Assembly (NCBI GenBank): GCA_002633005.1
Contig: NMRA01000013.1
Coordinates: forward strand, 1,392,618 to 1,456,617
Length of the DNA stretch: 64,000 nt
DNA from: Phoronis australis
Lineage: Eukaryota; Animalia; Phoronida
Direction of reading: 5' to 3'
Of this stretch, positions 1-13,196 are shown one piece after another. Position 1 is the stretch's first letter. Every line of letters starts with the position of its first letter. The notes under the pieces are model-generated. The model worked only from the letters and a program-made list of their open reading frames with translations. It was not told the origin of the DNA and searched no databases. A program made the translations under genes and the position numbers.

Positions 1-399
1 ATGTGGTGTCTAAAAGCACACCTTTGGAATTTAGACAACAGATGGCTCCGTTGGTGTTATCTGGATCTGAAGACTGTTGAGCACTGAGCCAGAGCTGTTA
101 CATAACAGTCAAGTACTGGGTGCCATCTCTTTCCGTGGAATATCCCTGGTCTTCACATTATGGCATATCTCTCTGGGCGTGTGGCCGATGTGCTTAACAT
201 TAAGAGGGCTGGTTGACATGTTGAGACAGTTGCATCCATTTCTATTTGGACAAACAGATGGGCATCTGGTACACTCATAGTGTGATAGATGGCAAAGGCC
301 ATTCTTATTCAGTGTAGCTGTGAGGTAATGAAACAGGCCTGTTACTTGATGGCAACTAGGTATTTGGTAGACAGAGGTATAATGCAATACAGTTTCCAN

Positions 400-500
400 T
401 CATCTTCGTCATCATCTCTGTCGTCGTCTTTTCTCGTCCTCTCGAACGTGTTTTTTTGGTTAATTTCGCCAAGTTTCGCTCCTCAGAGCGCTTTCATTTT
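400..500 (-). repeat. Fragment of a dispersed repeat; reverse complement of ~43660-43730
   Basis: ggttaatttcgccaagtttcgctcctcagagcgctttcattt is the reverse complement of aaatgaaagcgctccgaggagcgaaacttggcgaaattaacc; truncated at N399. Confidence 0.8.
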
Positions 501-921
501 AAGTTTTGCGCAATTATCGCAATTATCGTGCTATCAAATTGCCGCTGTTGTATGGTGAGAGGATCAAACGAATCGCTTGAAAATTTCCATTGTCCCAAAA
601 CATCTCTGAGTGATTGAAATTTGTCCCGGTCCACTCTGCCCATTTACACGCTATACTTCAACATTAGGACGAGGGATTAGATAGTTTCCTGCACTCACAC
701 AATGCTACAGAGAGCTATGTATTGAATAGTGCCAAAGATGATACTGTGTATAAATACTGTGTATAAACAGTTAAGGTCAGCTAAATGTTCATCGTTTTCA
801 AAGGGGAGTGCAACCATTTTTGTCAGGTTTAGTACAAATACAGAATTTAGACAGAGTCAAAAATTACTCGTAAACTCCCACTTAGCTAATTACATCACTT
901 TTTGGTCATAATAGGATCAAA

Positions 922-1097
922 ACACAGACAATCGTCGCACAAAGGAAAAATTTTTTATTGATTCGACGTTTCGTCTATTCATTAGACATCATCATGTTAT
1001 ATGAACAATAAGACGTCAAGTGTTGACATACGAGTCAGGTTACGTCCATGAAGTGAAATGAGTGAATTTTTTCATTTGTGCGGCGATTGTCCGTTTT
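922..1097. mobile_element. Penelope-like relic with inverted repeats and a hammerhead-like core
   Basis: Inverted repeats acagacaatcgtcgcacaaaggaaaaatt / aattttttcatttgtgcggcgattgtccgt; internal gacgtttcgtcta...tagacatcatca. Confidence 0.5.
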
Positions 1098-3752
1098 TTT
1101 ATCTCACATAACTATTACTGAATACAGTTTTGCCACATGATTTTTGAGCTCATCACTGAGTTAAACAATAATTATTGCAAATCAACTGATTAAAGTAGCA
1201 ATTATGGATGTAGTACTAGGCTGAAGGTGCATTCAAGTATTTTTCAAAAACAGTTGTGTGTTAAAGTGAAGGTTCTGACTTGTAGCAGTTTAAGACACTC
1301 CATTGAACAGGAGCTGGGAAGAATTAGACAATTAGTGCAGTGGATGAACACATGAGGTTTGAAACACAGGCCTCACAAGTGATTAAATCTGCAGCCTGAA
1401 CTACTTATGTAACAACAGCTTTAAATCCAACATCCATCACAAAAATCAGCTTTTGATTTAGACCTAACTTGTGTATCAAATGGGTCCTTCGTGAAATCTG
1501 AGGTGATTTCAGGATTTCGACAGAAATGCAATTTCTTCATTGCGTGAGACCGTGCTCTACAAGTTGGCTTATCACTGCGTGTCATTTTATGCACCAAGCA
1601 TGGGCACTAAAGATAATGAACTGCCAGTTCCTTGCAAACACAGAAGTCACTGGCCATCTGTGTAAGGAACAAGCTGGGATCACATTATAGCATTAGCAGT
1701 CTAAATAAAAAATTTGCTTCTTAGACTGATGTGGGTTTTAAACTTTTAGCCACTTAAAACTTCAATCTACGATTCTGAGAGTTCGCTTCTTTAATTGCTG
1801 GGATGGGCTTATCCTGATGCATACGCGAGAAACCTCACGCCCCCAGTTAAAGCCACTTAACATGTTAATGTTGTGTTTGCTGCTGCCAAGGTTTCTATCT
1901 GAAAAGCAGCTGTAAATCTTCGTGTTAGATTACCAATAATTCTTTCTCCATTGCATGTAGCATGAGCTCAAATACTAAATTTCATTGATTGATTACCTGG
2001 TGTTAATCAATACGTGACCCGTACGAGTATACCTGGTTATTGGCAGGTGACTACCTTCGTCATGCAGCGTAAATACAATAGTTATTGATTGGTGTCATAA
2101 TGCGCTGTTTGCCTATCTGGGAAGGAGTTTTACAAGGGTTGTTGAAAATTCATGTAGCTCCCATTGCGCTGGAAATGATACTGGGCCCCAGAAAATCAGA
2201 ATGTCAACCAAAGTTTGCATTTCAATGTATCAACAGGAAGGAACATTACAATGCAATTATGTGTCATCTATTAATCCTGTGAATTGTGTTTAATTATAAA
2301 ATGGCCTGCATGTCCATCATTTAGAGTTGATCTTTTGAGAAATGTGTATCACGCATGTGACGTGACGTAAACAAGGCATTATTTTGCATTAGACGTATGG
2401 TAATCAGCGCTGATTATGGCTGTGATTAATGTTGTTACTGAGTATATCTAGTCTCGTTAATTATCATTTTTTCGTTGTGTAACTTTGTAAACCCATGCGT
2501 TAGTTCTTTGCTCATGGTGCACAATAGGCCTACTAACTAATTGCCAATTTTCCAGTTTTTCAAAGCTGATTACTTTGCTGAAATGTTGTTGTATGACGTC
2601 TTCACAATACAAACCAAAGTAGCAGTGAGCTAGCATTTCCTAATGATTATAAACAACATAGAAAATAAATCCGAAACTAAAAGAGGCGATCCAGATTCTA
2701 TAAAGGATACACTTGTTTGTCGAAAAGTAGAATATACGTAAAGAAGACAACAAAGATGGATCACTGAAATTTCCTTCGTCAACAGAAACAGAAATAAAGT
2801 AAAATCAAACACTTATTAAATTATATCCTTTATTTTTTACGCAACAATGTATCATGCTCATTACACCATATATTAGAAAAAATAAGGATTCTCTCACCAT
2901 GTTGTTATTACTTATTCCCCCTCGTTAATTGTTTGAGTGAATTAATATGTAGAAAGGTACAATTCATTAAGCTGTCAGTTAGGAGTTTCATAATGAATGC
3001 AAGGACTTGATTTTTTGATGCTTGTTAATTATATACTGGGGACATTACATTAAATGAAGATTGAGTTATAAATGGCATTTTATCAACTGGGTTGAATGTT
3101 AGAACTTGAATTTCCTAGACATTGGCGGTTCTGGTGAGTCGGTCAAAGATGCTGATTAATGGTGCTTTTCAGATAAGTCGGTCAAATACACTTGATTGTT
3201 TTGCTATTTACCTCATTATTTTATTTGAATACAAAACATTCAACATCCTGCTCTATAAGCGGCATAAACCTGCTTCCTGTCACATTTTCAAATTGACGCC
3301 ATTTACTGTTACGAGGTTAGTCTCAAATCTTTCCAAAGTCAAACTAGAGGAAACTCCATTGCGTGAGCCCAGGCCTTACCACTTGGCTTCTCACGATATG
3401 TCGTTTTATTCTCAAGGAATAATGAATTATCATTTCATTGCAAGCCCCGAAATCACGTTTAATTTGAGACCAATTCTATAGTAGTGAGGAGTCTAGATAA
3501 AAAGGGTGGTTTTTTGACAGAATTTGAGTTTTTTTTGCTTCTTTTAAGTGGTGTGAAAGCGTGCTTCACCCAATTTCAAATATACATGTAACTATATTTA
3601 TATGTATCTCACAGCACACAGTATTCAGATGTTTAGTGATGACTTGTCATGGTAGTAGATGACGCAATTTGGACCCTGAAATAAGAATAGAGATGCCGTC
3701 ACACTGGGTCTAAAACGTCATAATGCTAAACATTCCTTTAGCAATGGTAGTA

Positions 3753-5151
3753 CCGTATTCGCCGTAATAACTGCCCAGGGCGCTTAGAAAAGTTCGGTTC
3801 AGGGGGGGCGCTTATGATAACCCAAGGCGGTTGAAACCCGGTCTCCGAAACGGGTGAAATCGGAAGCTAAGATTCATCAAATTTACGCTCTGTGACGTAT
3901 ATGTAATCTATGAAAGACTTTCAACAAAACTGTGGTGCATTGCTATCAAACTTTGCTGCTAAATTACGATCATTTTACAGAAAATTGTGCTAAAATCCCA
4001 GGGCGAAAACACGCCAACTGACTGCCTCGAAATCGCCGTCTTCGATATGGCGACTTCAATGCTTGAATAAAAATGATTTCGCCTCAAGCAAATTATCTGA
4101 AATCCTCATTAAGTTTTATAAGTAGCGTCTCTAAGATTTTTTAAGTTCCCGTGGAGTCTGGATTAACGGCAGGTTTAAGTACAAATCTGTGCAACATCGT
4201 GCCATCTACATGTATGCAACACAGCGAGAAAAATGTCTGGACGAACACACATGTTGTTGTCACGTGACGTTTGTTTTGAAGTTTGTCTGCGATTAAGCAA
4301 GTGCGTGCGTGTCACCAGAGTTCATTTGCCAAAGCAGAGACCGTCTTTTGGCCAGAGCCACGCAATCTAACTAGCTAGATGTGTCTAAAGAAATTTGCAC
4401 AAGCAGTAGGCCTAAACCAGAGCGTGTTTTATTCAGCACTTGCCGGTCTCATGCTAAGAACTTTCGACATTTGTCTCGGTAAGGCCCATATTAGTCGCCG
4501 TGTAGCTGGATGCGTACGTAACTATCTGACAGTTATTTTTCGGTGTAAGGGTGTGTAAGCATTCACTGTCAGTTGTCACTTTATCGGATGTTCGGCTTAA
4601 AAACACCAATTATGGTTAATCAAACAATACATCTCAAAAATAACGCAAACATGTTTTATAGTATTAGAAATTGTCGGAAATTAGTGCCAATATTCATTTC
4701 TTATCGATGCTATGCTACCCGTTTCATGAATGGATAGTTCCCGACTAATGTCTTTGATGACAGGTTCATGTTTGTAGCGCGCGCTTCCTGGCCACGTGCG
4801 TTTAACACCGAGTCATTTTTATTCATGAGACATTCGATGTGTCTACTGAAAGGTCAGACCATAGTGGGACACCGTCGTCGGGAGAGCATAGCAACGCTGT
4901 TGCGTTCTTTTTGAAGCGCTGCATTACTTTAAAGTGTAAAGTCACGACTAAATACAAACGTAGCAGTGCCGCTGGTGGTGTACAAGACCCGTGCAAAAAT
5001 TTTTTTGATAAATTGAAGACATTAACTGTAGCCGAGTTTTAGGACTGTAGGTACGTCATTGTTCGCATGTACTGGGCTCTTATTTCAGCAAAGTCTGAAA
5101 ACGCGTGGGGGGCACTTATAGGGGCATGGGCGGTTATTATGGCGAATACGG
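3753..5151. mobile_element. Non-autonomous Tc1/mariner(pogo)-type DNA transposon, full length
   Basis: TA|CCGTATTCGCCGTAATAACTGCCCA ... TGGGCGGTTATTATGGCGAATACGG|TA; TA TSD; second copy at 44434. Confidence 0.9.
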
Positions 5152-7538
5152 TAATTTGATAGCATGGTGATAGTTAAGAATTAATTTAACAAATTAATTA
5201 AACGCGATTTGAAATGAAACAGAAAATGCTTTCAATTTCCATCTTTATCAAAAGTCACTGAGCAGTTGGTGGTGCTGAAGATTTACGACCCAACAAATAT
5301 CCTGTTGTCATATTCAGTATGTGCTGAAAGTATTCAGGCAAAATGACCCAGAATTGCACATCATAACAGCTTGACAGAAGCCGAGTTCATGATCAGAGTA
5401 ACCTCCCTCATGTCTGGCAATGGAACATGAATATTAGGTGGCTATTAGCCATTCTGCAAATAGAACTTTGCTGCAATAATTGTCACTACCTGTGTTGTAG
5501 TGAACAAGCATATTTAATTATGTCACCGCAATATCGGAAAATACTTTTTAGGTATTTGGTAATTAACGTGACAAACTGAGTGACTTAATTAATTGCAATC
5601 AAACTGGAAGAACATCATTGGCAGAAATATGGAATTTTTCCACCTACTTAGCACACTTACTGAGAACTGAAATAGTCTTTTGTAGTTGAAGGATTATTGT
5701 ATAAACAATTCACTTTTTATGCATATCTTCATCAGTGCATTGTTAAGCTTGTGGTTTTGAACAGCTTGGGTTTATCTCATAAGCACAATAAATCTCCCTG
5801 AATTGTGTTTTTTCTTGTGATTGCAAAGTTCTTGGCTTTGGATGTGGATCCAGGATTTTGTGCAGATTGTCTGACAATGGACAAAAGTGAGGTATTCTTG
5901 AAATTCCTCTGTTACAGCAGTCCTAAAGTTGACTGATCAGGGAGGCCAGACCCATCGTATCCCCTTTGGATCTGTGCCTGGTATTGTACCATGCAGTTTC
6001 CGATTCACTAAAATGTAGCATACATCAAGCCATAGAAGCTGGCGAAATGCAAACAATATTCAGTAAACAGGTAGTGCAGTGACAAGGTATTCAATCATTC
6101 TCTAATCAGGGAGGCACACCCATCACTTTTCCTTCATCTGTAAAAGTTCAGTTTCAAGATCATAAATTTTATATGAAGACTGGAATGATGTTTACGCTAT
6201 GTGCGACCATAGGAGATTGGTCAAAATGTCCCTTCAAATGACCTTGAAATTAATAATGTCGATATACGTTGGTTCTCTCGTGGGTATAATGGTTATCACC
6301 CGTTAATGTAAGCTAATTTGCCAAAAACCAATTCAGTTAGTCTCATTTGTAGCTGTAATTTAGCTTATTCTCGGTCAACAGCGGTTGACATCAATGAATG
6401 AAATGTAAGCGTCCTTCGGTCTTGTTCCTTTGGGATTTCATGCGGGAATGTTAGAAAGCTTACAGAAGGGCTAGGACGGAAGTCAATTAAGGACGCCATT
6501 GACATCTATTGTAAAGAATGTTCAATTAAAAACTTTTCTCAAGTCTGAGAACTTGTGAATTTGTGACAATTTTCTTAGATGTCCATAGAATGAAAGAATA
6601 TTCTGAAACGATGCGGTATGAGTGGTTATCTTCAGAGTTATTAACAGGTGTCACTATAATGGCACGAGCTGTGGCATTATTTGGTAACATATCCACCATT
6701 TTATAATAAGATGGAAAACACTTCATTTCATTCATTATCCGACCCTGTGTACGATACTTAAAATTTAAGAAGATTGCGCCGTCTTGCAATAACTTTGATG
6801 ACCCACACATGAAACTGCGATATAACTTCCCTGTCCCCTAACGACCGAAGGTTCAACTACACAGTTTTCATCAATGCTCTTCTGGAAGTGGTGTCAAGTT
6901 GGCATGAAAAGATCTCTAGATATAGATATCCTGCTTTTTTCATTATGGAATATTGGCATCTGTGCATTGACAGTGTATATAGACTAGAGGTCGGTGTAAA
7001 TAGACCAAGAGATTTTAATAATAGTTGTAATACGCCACCACATCAGAGCAGTTTTAGGAAGTCATTGCTTAATGTTGGGTAGCATTGGGTATAGTTTGAT
7101 AACTCCAGTCATTTTGCTTAGCAATAATTTCCAAAAATGTAACTTTTTCCGTTTTGCAAATAAGGGGAACTTTAGCAAATGTTTTTTGTGACATCTATAC
7201 ACTTCAAGTCACATCTGCACACTGCAAATCATGCTCGTAATAGACTAAAGTGCTCTTAATCTTTGCTTTTGTGGAGAAATTTAATAAAACAGACTTTGAC
7301 TCATCGATCGTGTTGTGTGCTAAATATGTGAAGAATTAACGTATATCTATAGCCTAACCTTCACCTTGGATGTGTGATTCTGCTCGGTCTTGATTTGTCG
7401 ACGATGAATAACAAGTCATTTACGTCATTCACAAAATACGTCAAGATAAATGAGAAATTCGTTATTGGCCTTCAAATATTAGCTAGACAAATAAGAGTCC
7501 ATTGTTCTCCTAACGGAAATAACATAAATTGTTTGAAG

Positions 7539-7700
7539 GAAACCAGAGAGGGGTCTGCGCTATCTCATCGAGCGGAAGTTTGTGGAGAACTCATCCAAGA
7601 CGGTGGCCCGATTCCTCATCACGCGGAAGGGAGTCAGCAAACAAATGATCGGGGAGTACCTTGGTAACCTACAAAACCAGTTCAACCAGGACGTGCTGGA
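7539..7700 (+). CDS. IQSEC: IQSEC exon (Sec7 N-part)
   Basis: aag|[54 protein letters not shown]|gtgag. Confidence 0.93.
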
Positions 7701-10700
7701 GTGAGTTCTTTCTTCCAAAACATTATTTTACGATTTTGTGATTACAAGATGATTCAGTAAAAACTAATGCTTCTACACCATAAGTAAGTGAGTTCTGTTA
7801 TAAAAAAATGTTTTTTTTGGAGACAATGCGGATTTTTTTTAAACGTTTGCTTTATGTGTCAAGTGGTTGTCTTGTTCTGAATATCATGAAATAACAATTT
7901 ACTTATACTTATCGAAATTCCCAATATTTTTACTGGCTATTTGTAAACTCCTAAGTGTATGATGGAATTTAAATATAGCTTTTTAAACTCGACTTATTAG
8001 CTGCCTGTAATAATTATGGTCAAACAGTTTCTGCTAGATGTTTTAATGAAAGCATCTGGTTGAAATCTCTTCTAAGACTTGGATGCATTTAAATCATAGC
8101 TAAACTGGAGTTGATTGAAGATGGGAAAATTAACAATAGTCAGATGTAACATGCCCGCATTTTGATGCCAGTTATTCAGTTAAGAGAACTGGTTCTCAAA
8201 ATGCAGGCACGTTATATCAGACTATTACCGGAATGTTCCTCACTTGTGTATGGGTGATGTGTATTGCTCTTGTTTGCCTTTCAGCCATTTTGTTGATGAG
8301 ATTGATCTCACGGGACTGTCACTAGATGTCGCCCTTAGAAAGTTCCAGACCTACTTCCGTATGCCTGTAAGTAGATGAATCCTCATTGGCTAAAGAGCAG
8401 CATGATTGTCTTCTAATGTTCCAATGAAATTGGTCGTTAGGTTCCTGCTTGAAAGTATCTGGAAATAGCTGGAAATTTTGTTGCAGAACTTAGCAGCTGT
8501 GTATATGGAAATCACGCTTTAAGGCTGTATTGTGAATTTGTTTTGTGTTTGTGACATTCTCTGAAAATAAAAGGACATGTATGTTCAAATTTGTATGCAA
8601 AATGTTGGCCTGTTCTCACTGGGAAGGATTTTAGCTGTTTTCTTTAGTTTACCAAACCTCTTGGTAAAAAACTATCATTCAATAAAATTACTGAGCAAAA
8701 TTATCTTCCTCCTTGTCAATAGTTTGTACATTTGTTGACGCCAGTAATTGCATCGGAACTGAACAAAACTGAAGCATACCATTACCTCTGACCTTTGTTC
8801 CTCACTTGCAGGGTGAAGCACAAAAGATTGAGAGACTAATGGAGGCGTTTGCGCATCGCTACTGTGTCTGCAATCCTCTGGTTGACCAGACATTCCGGTC
8901 ACGTGACACTGTGTTCCTTCTGGCCTTCGCCATAATCATGCTCAACACGGATCTACACAGTCCAAGTATGAAGAGCGAGCGACGAATGAAGCTGTCTGAC
9001 TTTATCAAAAACTTACGAGGTAATAACTGTCACTAAATCAAATTGTCATTCAAAAGTGCTGGGGGAGTTGGATCCTTAATCCGAGGTGCTCACCTAATTT
9101 TCATGCAGCTGAAAGGCAAACAGTGGTCTCCATGATTTATGAATGAAGTGAAGGTCAGGTAGAGTTGATTGCTTTGATGACTATATCAATTATTGATTGT
9201 TAAAAAGGAAAATCCTTTCAATAAATTGTGTTACGCAAAGTCTTATCATCAATTCAAGGAGCATTTTCATCAAAGCAGGGGCACGCTTCGTTGCCGCGAG
9301 AAACCTGTTATGGAAGGAATTTTCTCTCATAATTTAACATTTCAGCTTCATCGATTGATCACTTCAGTGAGGTCCATTTTGCTTACATGCAAAACACTCT
9401 TGCTCTACGGAACACACCTCTGACCACTAAGCTTGTCGTGCGTGGCGTTATTTTGACTAGATGAACCTGATCTCATGAAAATTTTTAAATCTTAGCTTGT
9501 ACAAGAATTATTCAAAACTTCACAAGTCTCGAAGTTGTTCTGTTTTGCTGGCATCAGTTAAACAAGTGATATAAATCATTTTATTTGTGGGATTTTGCAA
9601 GCAATTTAATATATTGGAACCTGTTGTTCAAGCTCAAGTTTCACAATGTGCTTTCCATTCCAGGCATCGATGACGGCGAGGATATTGACTACGACTTCTT
9701 GGTGGGGATTTATGAGCGCGTGAAGAATCAAGAATTCCGCGCCGGTGTCGATCACGTGACCCAGGTGGGCAAAGTGGAGCAGACGGTGATCGGCAAGAAG
9801 CCACCGCTGTCACTGCCTCACCGTCGGCTTGTCTGCTACTGCCGGCTTTATGAAGTCATTGACCTCTCCAAGAAGGAAAAGCTCAGCCTGCACCAGCGGG
9901 AGGTGTTCCTCTTCAATGATCTGCTGTTGGTGAGTAGGAATACGGTGTGATGGTGGTGGTGGGACTATTTTGCATGTGTTGTGGTACAGATTTTCTGCAT
10001 TAGGATAGTGGGAGACGCTGTATTTTGTTTTTACCATCTTGTTGTTGTTGTTGTTGCTATCTCCCTCTGTATGCTGCCTGCAGATGCAAAATGTTTCCAG
10101 ACTAACATTTGAAATGCGTTGCCTTGGATTGATGTGCTCCATTTCATTTCCAGATCACCAAAATCTTCAGCAAGAAGAAGAACCTAATAACGTATAGCTA
10201 CCGAAGCACGTTTCCACTCAACAATATTCACGTCTTCTTGTGTGAAACACAACGTAAGTGAGCCTCTCTCTTGTGTTATTTGATGTAACCGTTACGTTTG
10301 GTGATGAGGTTATTGTATGGCAATTCTTCACTGTTAAGCTCACAATGTAATGGAAAGGAGGATTTTATTTTGCCAAATTTCTCAAAAATGAAAATTAAGT
10401 ACCATATTTTGTTCAGATAACAATGAAGTGGTTTATAAGCCAAGAATGATACCTGTGAGCTCTATTCCAAGCACATGGAAAGCAAGAAGTGTTAAATTGC
10501 ATTATTTCATGTATTCATTTTTTGTGGGGATCACACAACTAAGTGAAAACATTCAACAGTTAACATTGTGTTAAACGGGATATCCCAGGGTAATAGTCAT
10601 ATTACTGAAACGGTGGTCGCTATAGCCTTTTAAAAAATTCTTCTGATCATGGTGTGTACCATACAGTTTTCATAAAACAACACTTGGTGTTACCAGGCAA

Positions 10701-13196
10701 TGGTTACTTCACCAGTTCAATTGTGTGAAACAAGTTAAGAATTGACGTCAGTTAAAGGTGTTAGTGTCATAATGGGCATCTCGATAGTCACAAGGTGGCG
10801 CTAATGAGTAAAGGTTTCTCTTTTAACAGCTGAATAAATTGAAAGCTGGTACCAGTTAATGTTTATGGGGATGTGTATGGGCTTAAGTGGTCCATGCTAC
10901 TACCTGATGAATACACGCATTTACACAAGTAGGATTTTCATCTCACTAGCCCCACTTGGTGAGTTTCAAGTCACCTTGTGCAGTGTGAAATCAAGTGATC
11001 CAATGAGGAGTTTCAAATTCACCAGGTGGTGCTGGTGATATAATGATCCTTGCAGTTGGGTGGTTGAGGGACCCTTACCTCACTAACGCTCCCCCATGTA
11101 AATGAACAGTTTTGTATTCTCACTCCGTTCCAGTAAGGAGGGTTCTCCCTACATGAGCGCCACCTAGTGAGTAATGTGTTGTCCAAACAGTAAGGTAGGA
11201 CAGCGCCCATAATGCAATACAATCCACGTGAATACAGAGTGTGTTATTCTCCATTGCAGACTACCAATACGTAATGCAGCTGAAAAATCAAATGACGGGC
11301 AAAACTCTGATCACGCTGAACGCAAGAAACGATCACGACCGAATGAAGTTTGTGGAGGATTTGAACGAGGCCATCGAGGAGGTAAGCGTCAGTGTTTGGT
11401 TAAAATTTTTTGGAATGTTATATTTGAATAACTCAGCGACTTTTGTACACCTTGTGGTAGCTTAGTACTTAATGTACATGTATTAGTGACAAGTGGGGCA
11501 CAGTGCTACTTTTACACGATTGCTTTTTGCCGCGACTAGAATCCATTGATCCAGACCAGATTTCCCTGTACCAATTTGATGCGTTGTAGGTTGCATAGGC
11601 CCAACCCACCCTCCTCTTGCGTACATGACTAGAAAAAACACCGTCCTTTCTAAAGGCTACGCTAGCATTTTTTCTTTGAAAATTGTGGTTGCCCACTCGT
11701 AAAACATCCTAGAGCCACCAGTGGTTTGAAATTAACATTTTTACTTGACCTTTGGCTTTTAAGGTAAAGTTTTTTTCTTCAAAACCTTGGAAGTAGTGAC
11801 ACACTGCGTACTTATTTTCAACATCAGGTGAATGAGATGGAGCAAATACGTATTGAGGAAGAGCTACAGAAGCACCACCTGGTGAAGCAGACGTGTAATC
11901 GCCATAGCAACGACTCGGGCATGGTCGACTTTGAAGGCCTCAAGCACAACATGAGCGACTCTAGCTTCAACCGTCTCTCGGTGCCGGACTCCAACAACCT
12001 GAGGAAGTCGGCTCTGTCCAACTCACTCATCGACTTGGCTGAAGGAAAGGTGATGGAGCGACGTGGCAGTGGGGGGTCACTGGACAGTGGAATGGTAAGA
12101 AGTGCCGTTGGCTGAATTCAGTTGACACCCTATGAAGCTATGAATTTTCCTTCCGCCATAAAAAGAAACTTTTAATTTTGATCACTAACAGTTATGAAAT
12201 TGGTCTCAAGTTGTTCCTTTGTGAAGTTTAGGGTGATTTCCGGTCTTGTAAAGAACTGACATTTCATTATTGCTTGGGAGAAGACTCTATTAGTTGACTT
12301 CCCACGCGGTGTCCTCTTATTTGCCAAGTAATAATGAAGTGTCACTTTTTTCTAAGCTCAGAAACCACTTCTAATATGTGTCAAGAACAAGATAAGATCA
12401 ATTTTATTAATCAAAAGTTAGTTTCTTTAATGGAAAGACGGTTTATAGCCACTGTAAGTAAATGTCTTATATGGGTGCATTTGGACCGGTGCGCGTGTAC
12501 GTAAATCTGTGTCTGCCTATGAATTCTGGTGCATTTGATAAAAAATAACATGTAAGCGAAGGTAAAGTAATTGATCGAAAAATTCCGGGAGTGGATAAAA
12601 AATCTACCTTGAGACTTTCGCCGACGCAAAGGATATAATCTGCCTGTAATGTTTATGATATTAAGGTTTGAATGCCTTCGTGTGAAATAGTTGTTTAATA
12701 AGAACTTGTCTTATCCAACATGTGCTTATCGGTTTTAATGCGAGTATACATGGTATGAAATCAGTGCAGTCAAGGGTCAACATTCACATGGTTTGGAGAG
12801 AAAATTTTTCATTTAACTTTCAAAGACAGGGTTAACGTTTGCATAATGTAATGGTATTTTCTTTGCATTGATATTTGTCGTGAATTTTTTAAACGAAATT
12901 TCATTTTCCTCCCATTTTGTGTTTGAAATTAAGGAATCTTAACTATAACGTTGTCCCATGTTTTTTTCTAATCAAACTGAATATTGTGCTAAATAGGAAT
13001 AAATCTAAAAAAATGTACATTATGCTAAATAGGTTGTTGATTTGTTCACTAGGTGTCAGTGGGTTCCATCTGCAGCAACAGTCGGGAGGAGTCTCCGCAG
13101 CAGGCCAAAGGGGGCGGCACACGTAATAAGGACAAAAAATCCGCAAAAGTGTCCAAGACCAAGATCTCAAATACGACCTCGTCGTCAGAGGTTTAG
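7539..13196 (+). CDS. IQSEC: IQ motif and Sec7 domain Arf-GEF (IQSEC/BRAG/schizo family), 3' part; exons 7539-7700, 8285-8366, 8812-9019, 9664-9929, 10154-10253, 11260-11381, 11828-12094, 13053-13196
   Basis: The joined exons keep frame. They give the Sec7 motifs [27 protein letters not shown]|[11 protein letters not shown] and [14 protein letters not shown], then the IQSEC-type PH domain [13 protein letters not shown]...[12 protein letters not shown]. All boundaries are GT-AG. The 5' exons lie upstream of the window. Confidence 0.96.
8135..8226. repeat. Short hairpin (MITE-like) element; family also at 14884-14976 and 46904-47035
   Basis: aatagtcagatgtaacatgcccgcattttga ... tcaaaatgcaggcacgttatatcagactatt; shared core gttattcagt..aactggttctc. 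Confidence 0.7.
8285..8366 (+). CDS. IQSEC: IQSEC exon (Sec7)
   Basis: tttcag|[28 protein letters not shown]|gtaag. Confidence 0.93.
8812..9019 (+). CDS. IQSEC: IQSEC exon (Sec7 catalytic Glu finger)
   Basis: [17 protein letters not shown]...[16 protein letters not shown]...FIKNLR; cag/gt bounded. Confidence 0.96.
9664..9929 (+). CDS. IQSEC: IQSEC exon (Sec7 end/PH start)
   Basis: GIDDGEDI...[36 protein letters not shown]...[13 protein letters not shown]|gtgag. Confidence 0.95.
10154..10253 (+). CDS. IQSEC: IQSEC exon (PH)
   Basis: ttccag|[33 protein letters not shown]|gtaag. Confidence 0.92.
11260..11381 (+). CDS. IQSEC: IQSEC exon (PH end)
   Basis: [40 protein letters not shown]|gtaag. 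Confidence 0.93.
11828..12094 (+). CDS. IQSEC: IQSEC exon (coiled coil/C-terminal)
   Basis: [15 protein letters not shown]...[13 protein letters not shown]...[12 protein letters not shown]|gtaag. Confidence 0.92.
13053..13196 (+). CDS. IQSEC: IQSEC terminal coding exon
   Basis: ttcactag|[47 protein letters not shown]; phase 0 matches the preceding donor. Confidence 0.8.
   Translation: MSVGSICSNSREESPQQAKGGGTRNKDKKSAKVSKTKISNTTSSSEV

Noticed and set aside
6526-6810. 94-aa minus-strand ORF in the IQSEC intron
   Set aside because: No recognisable domain or splice support.
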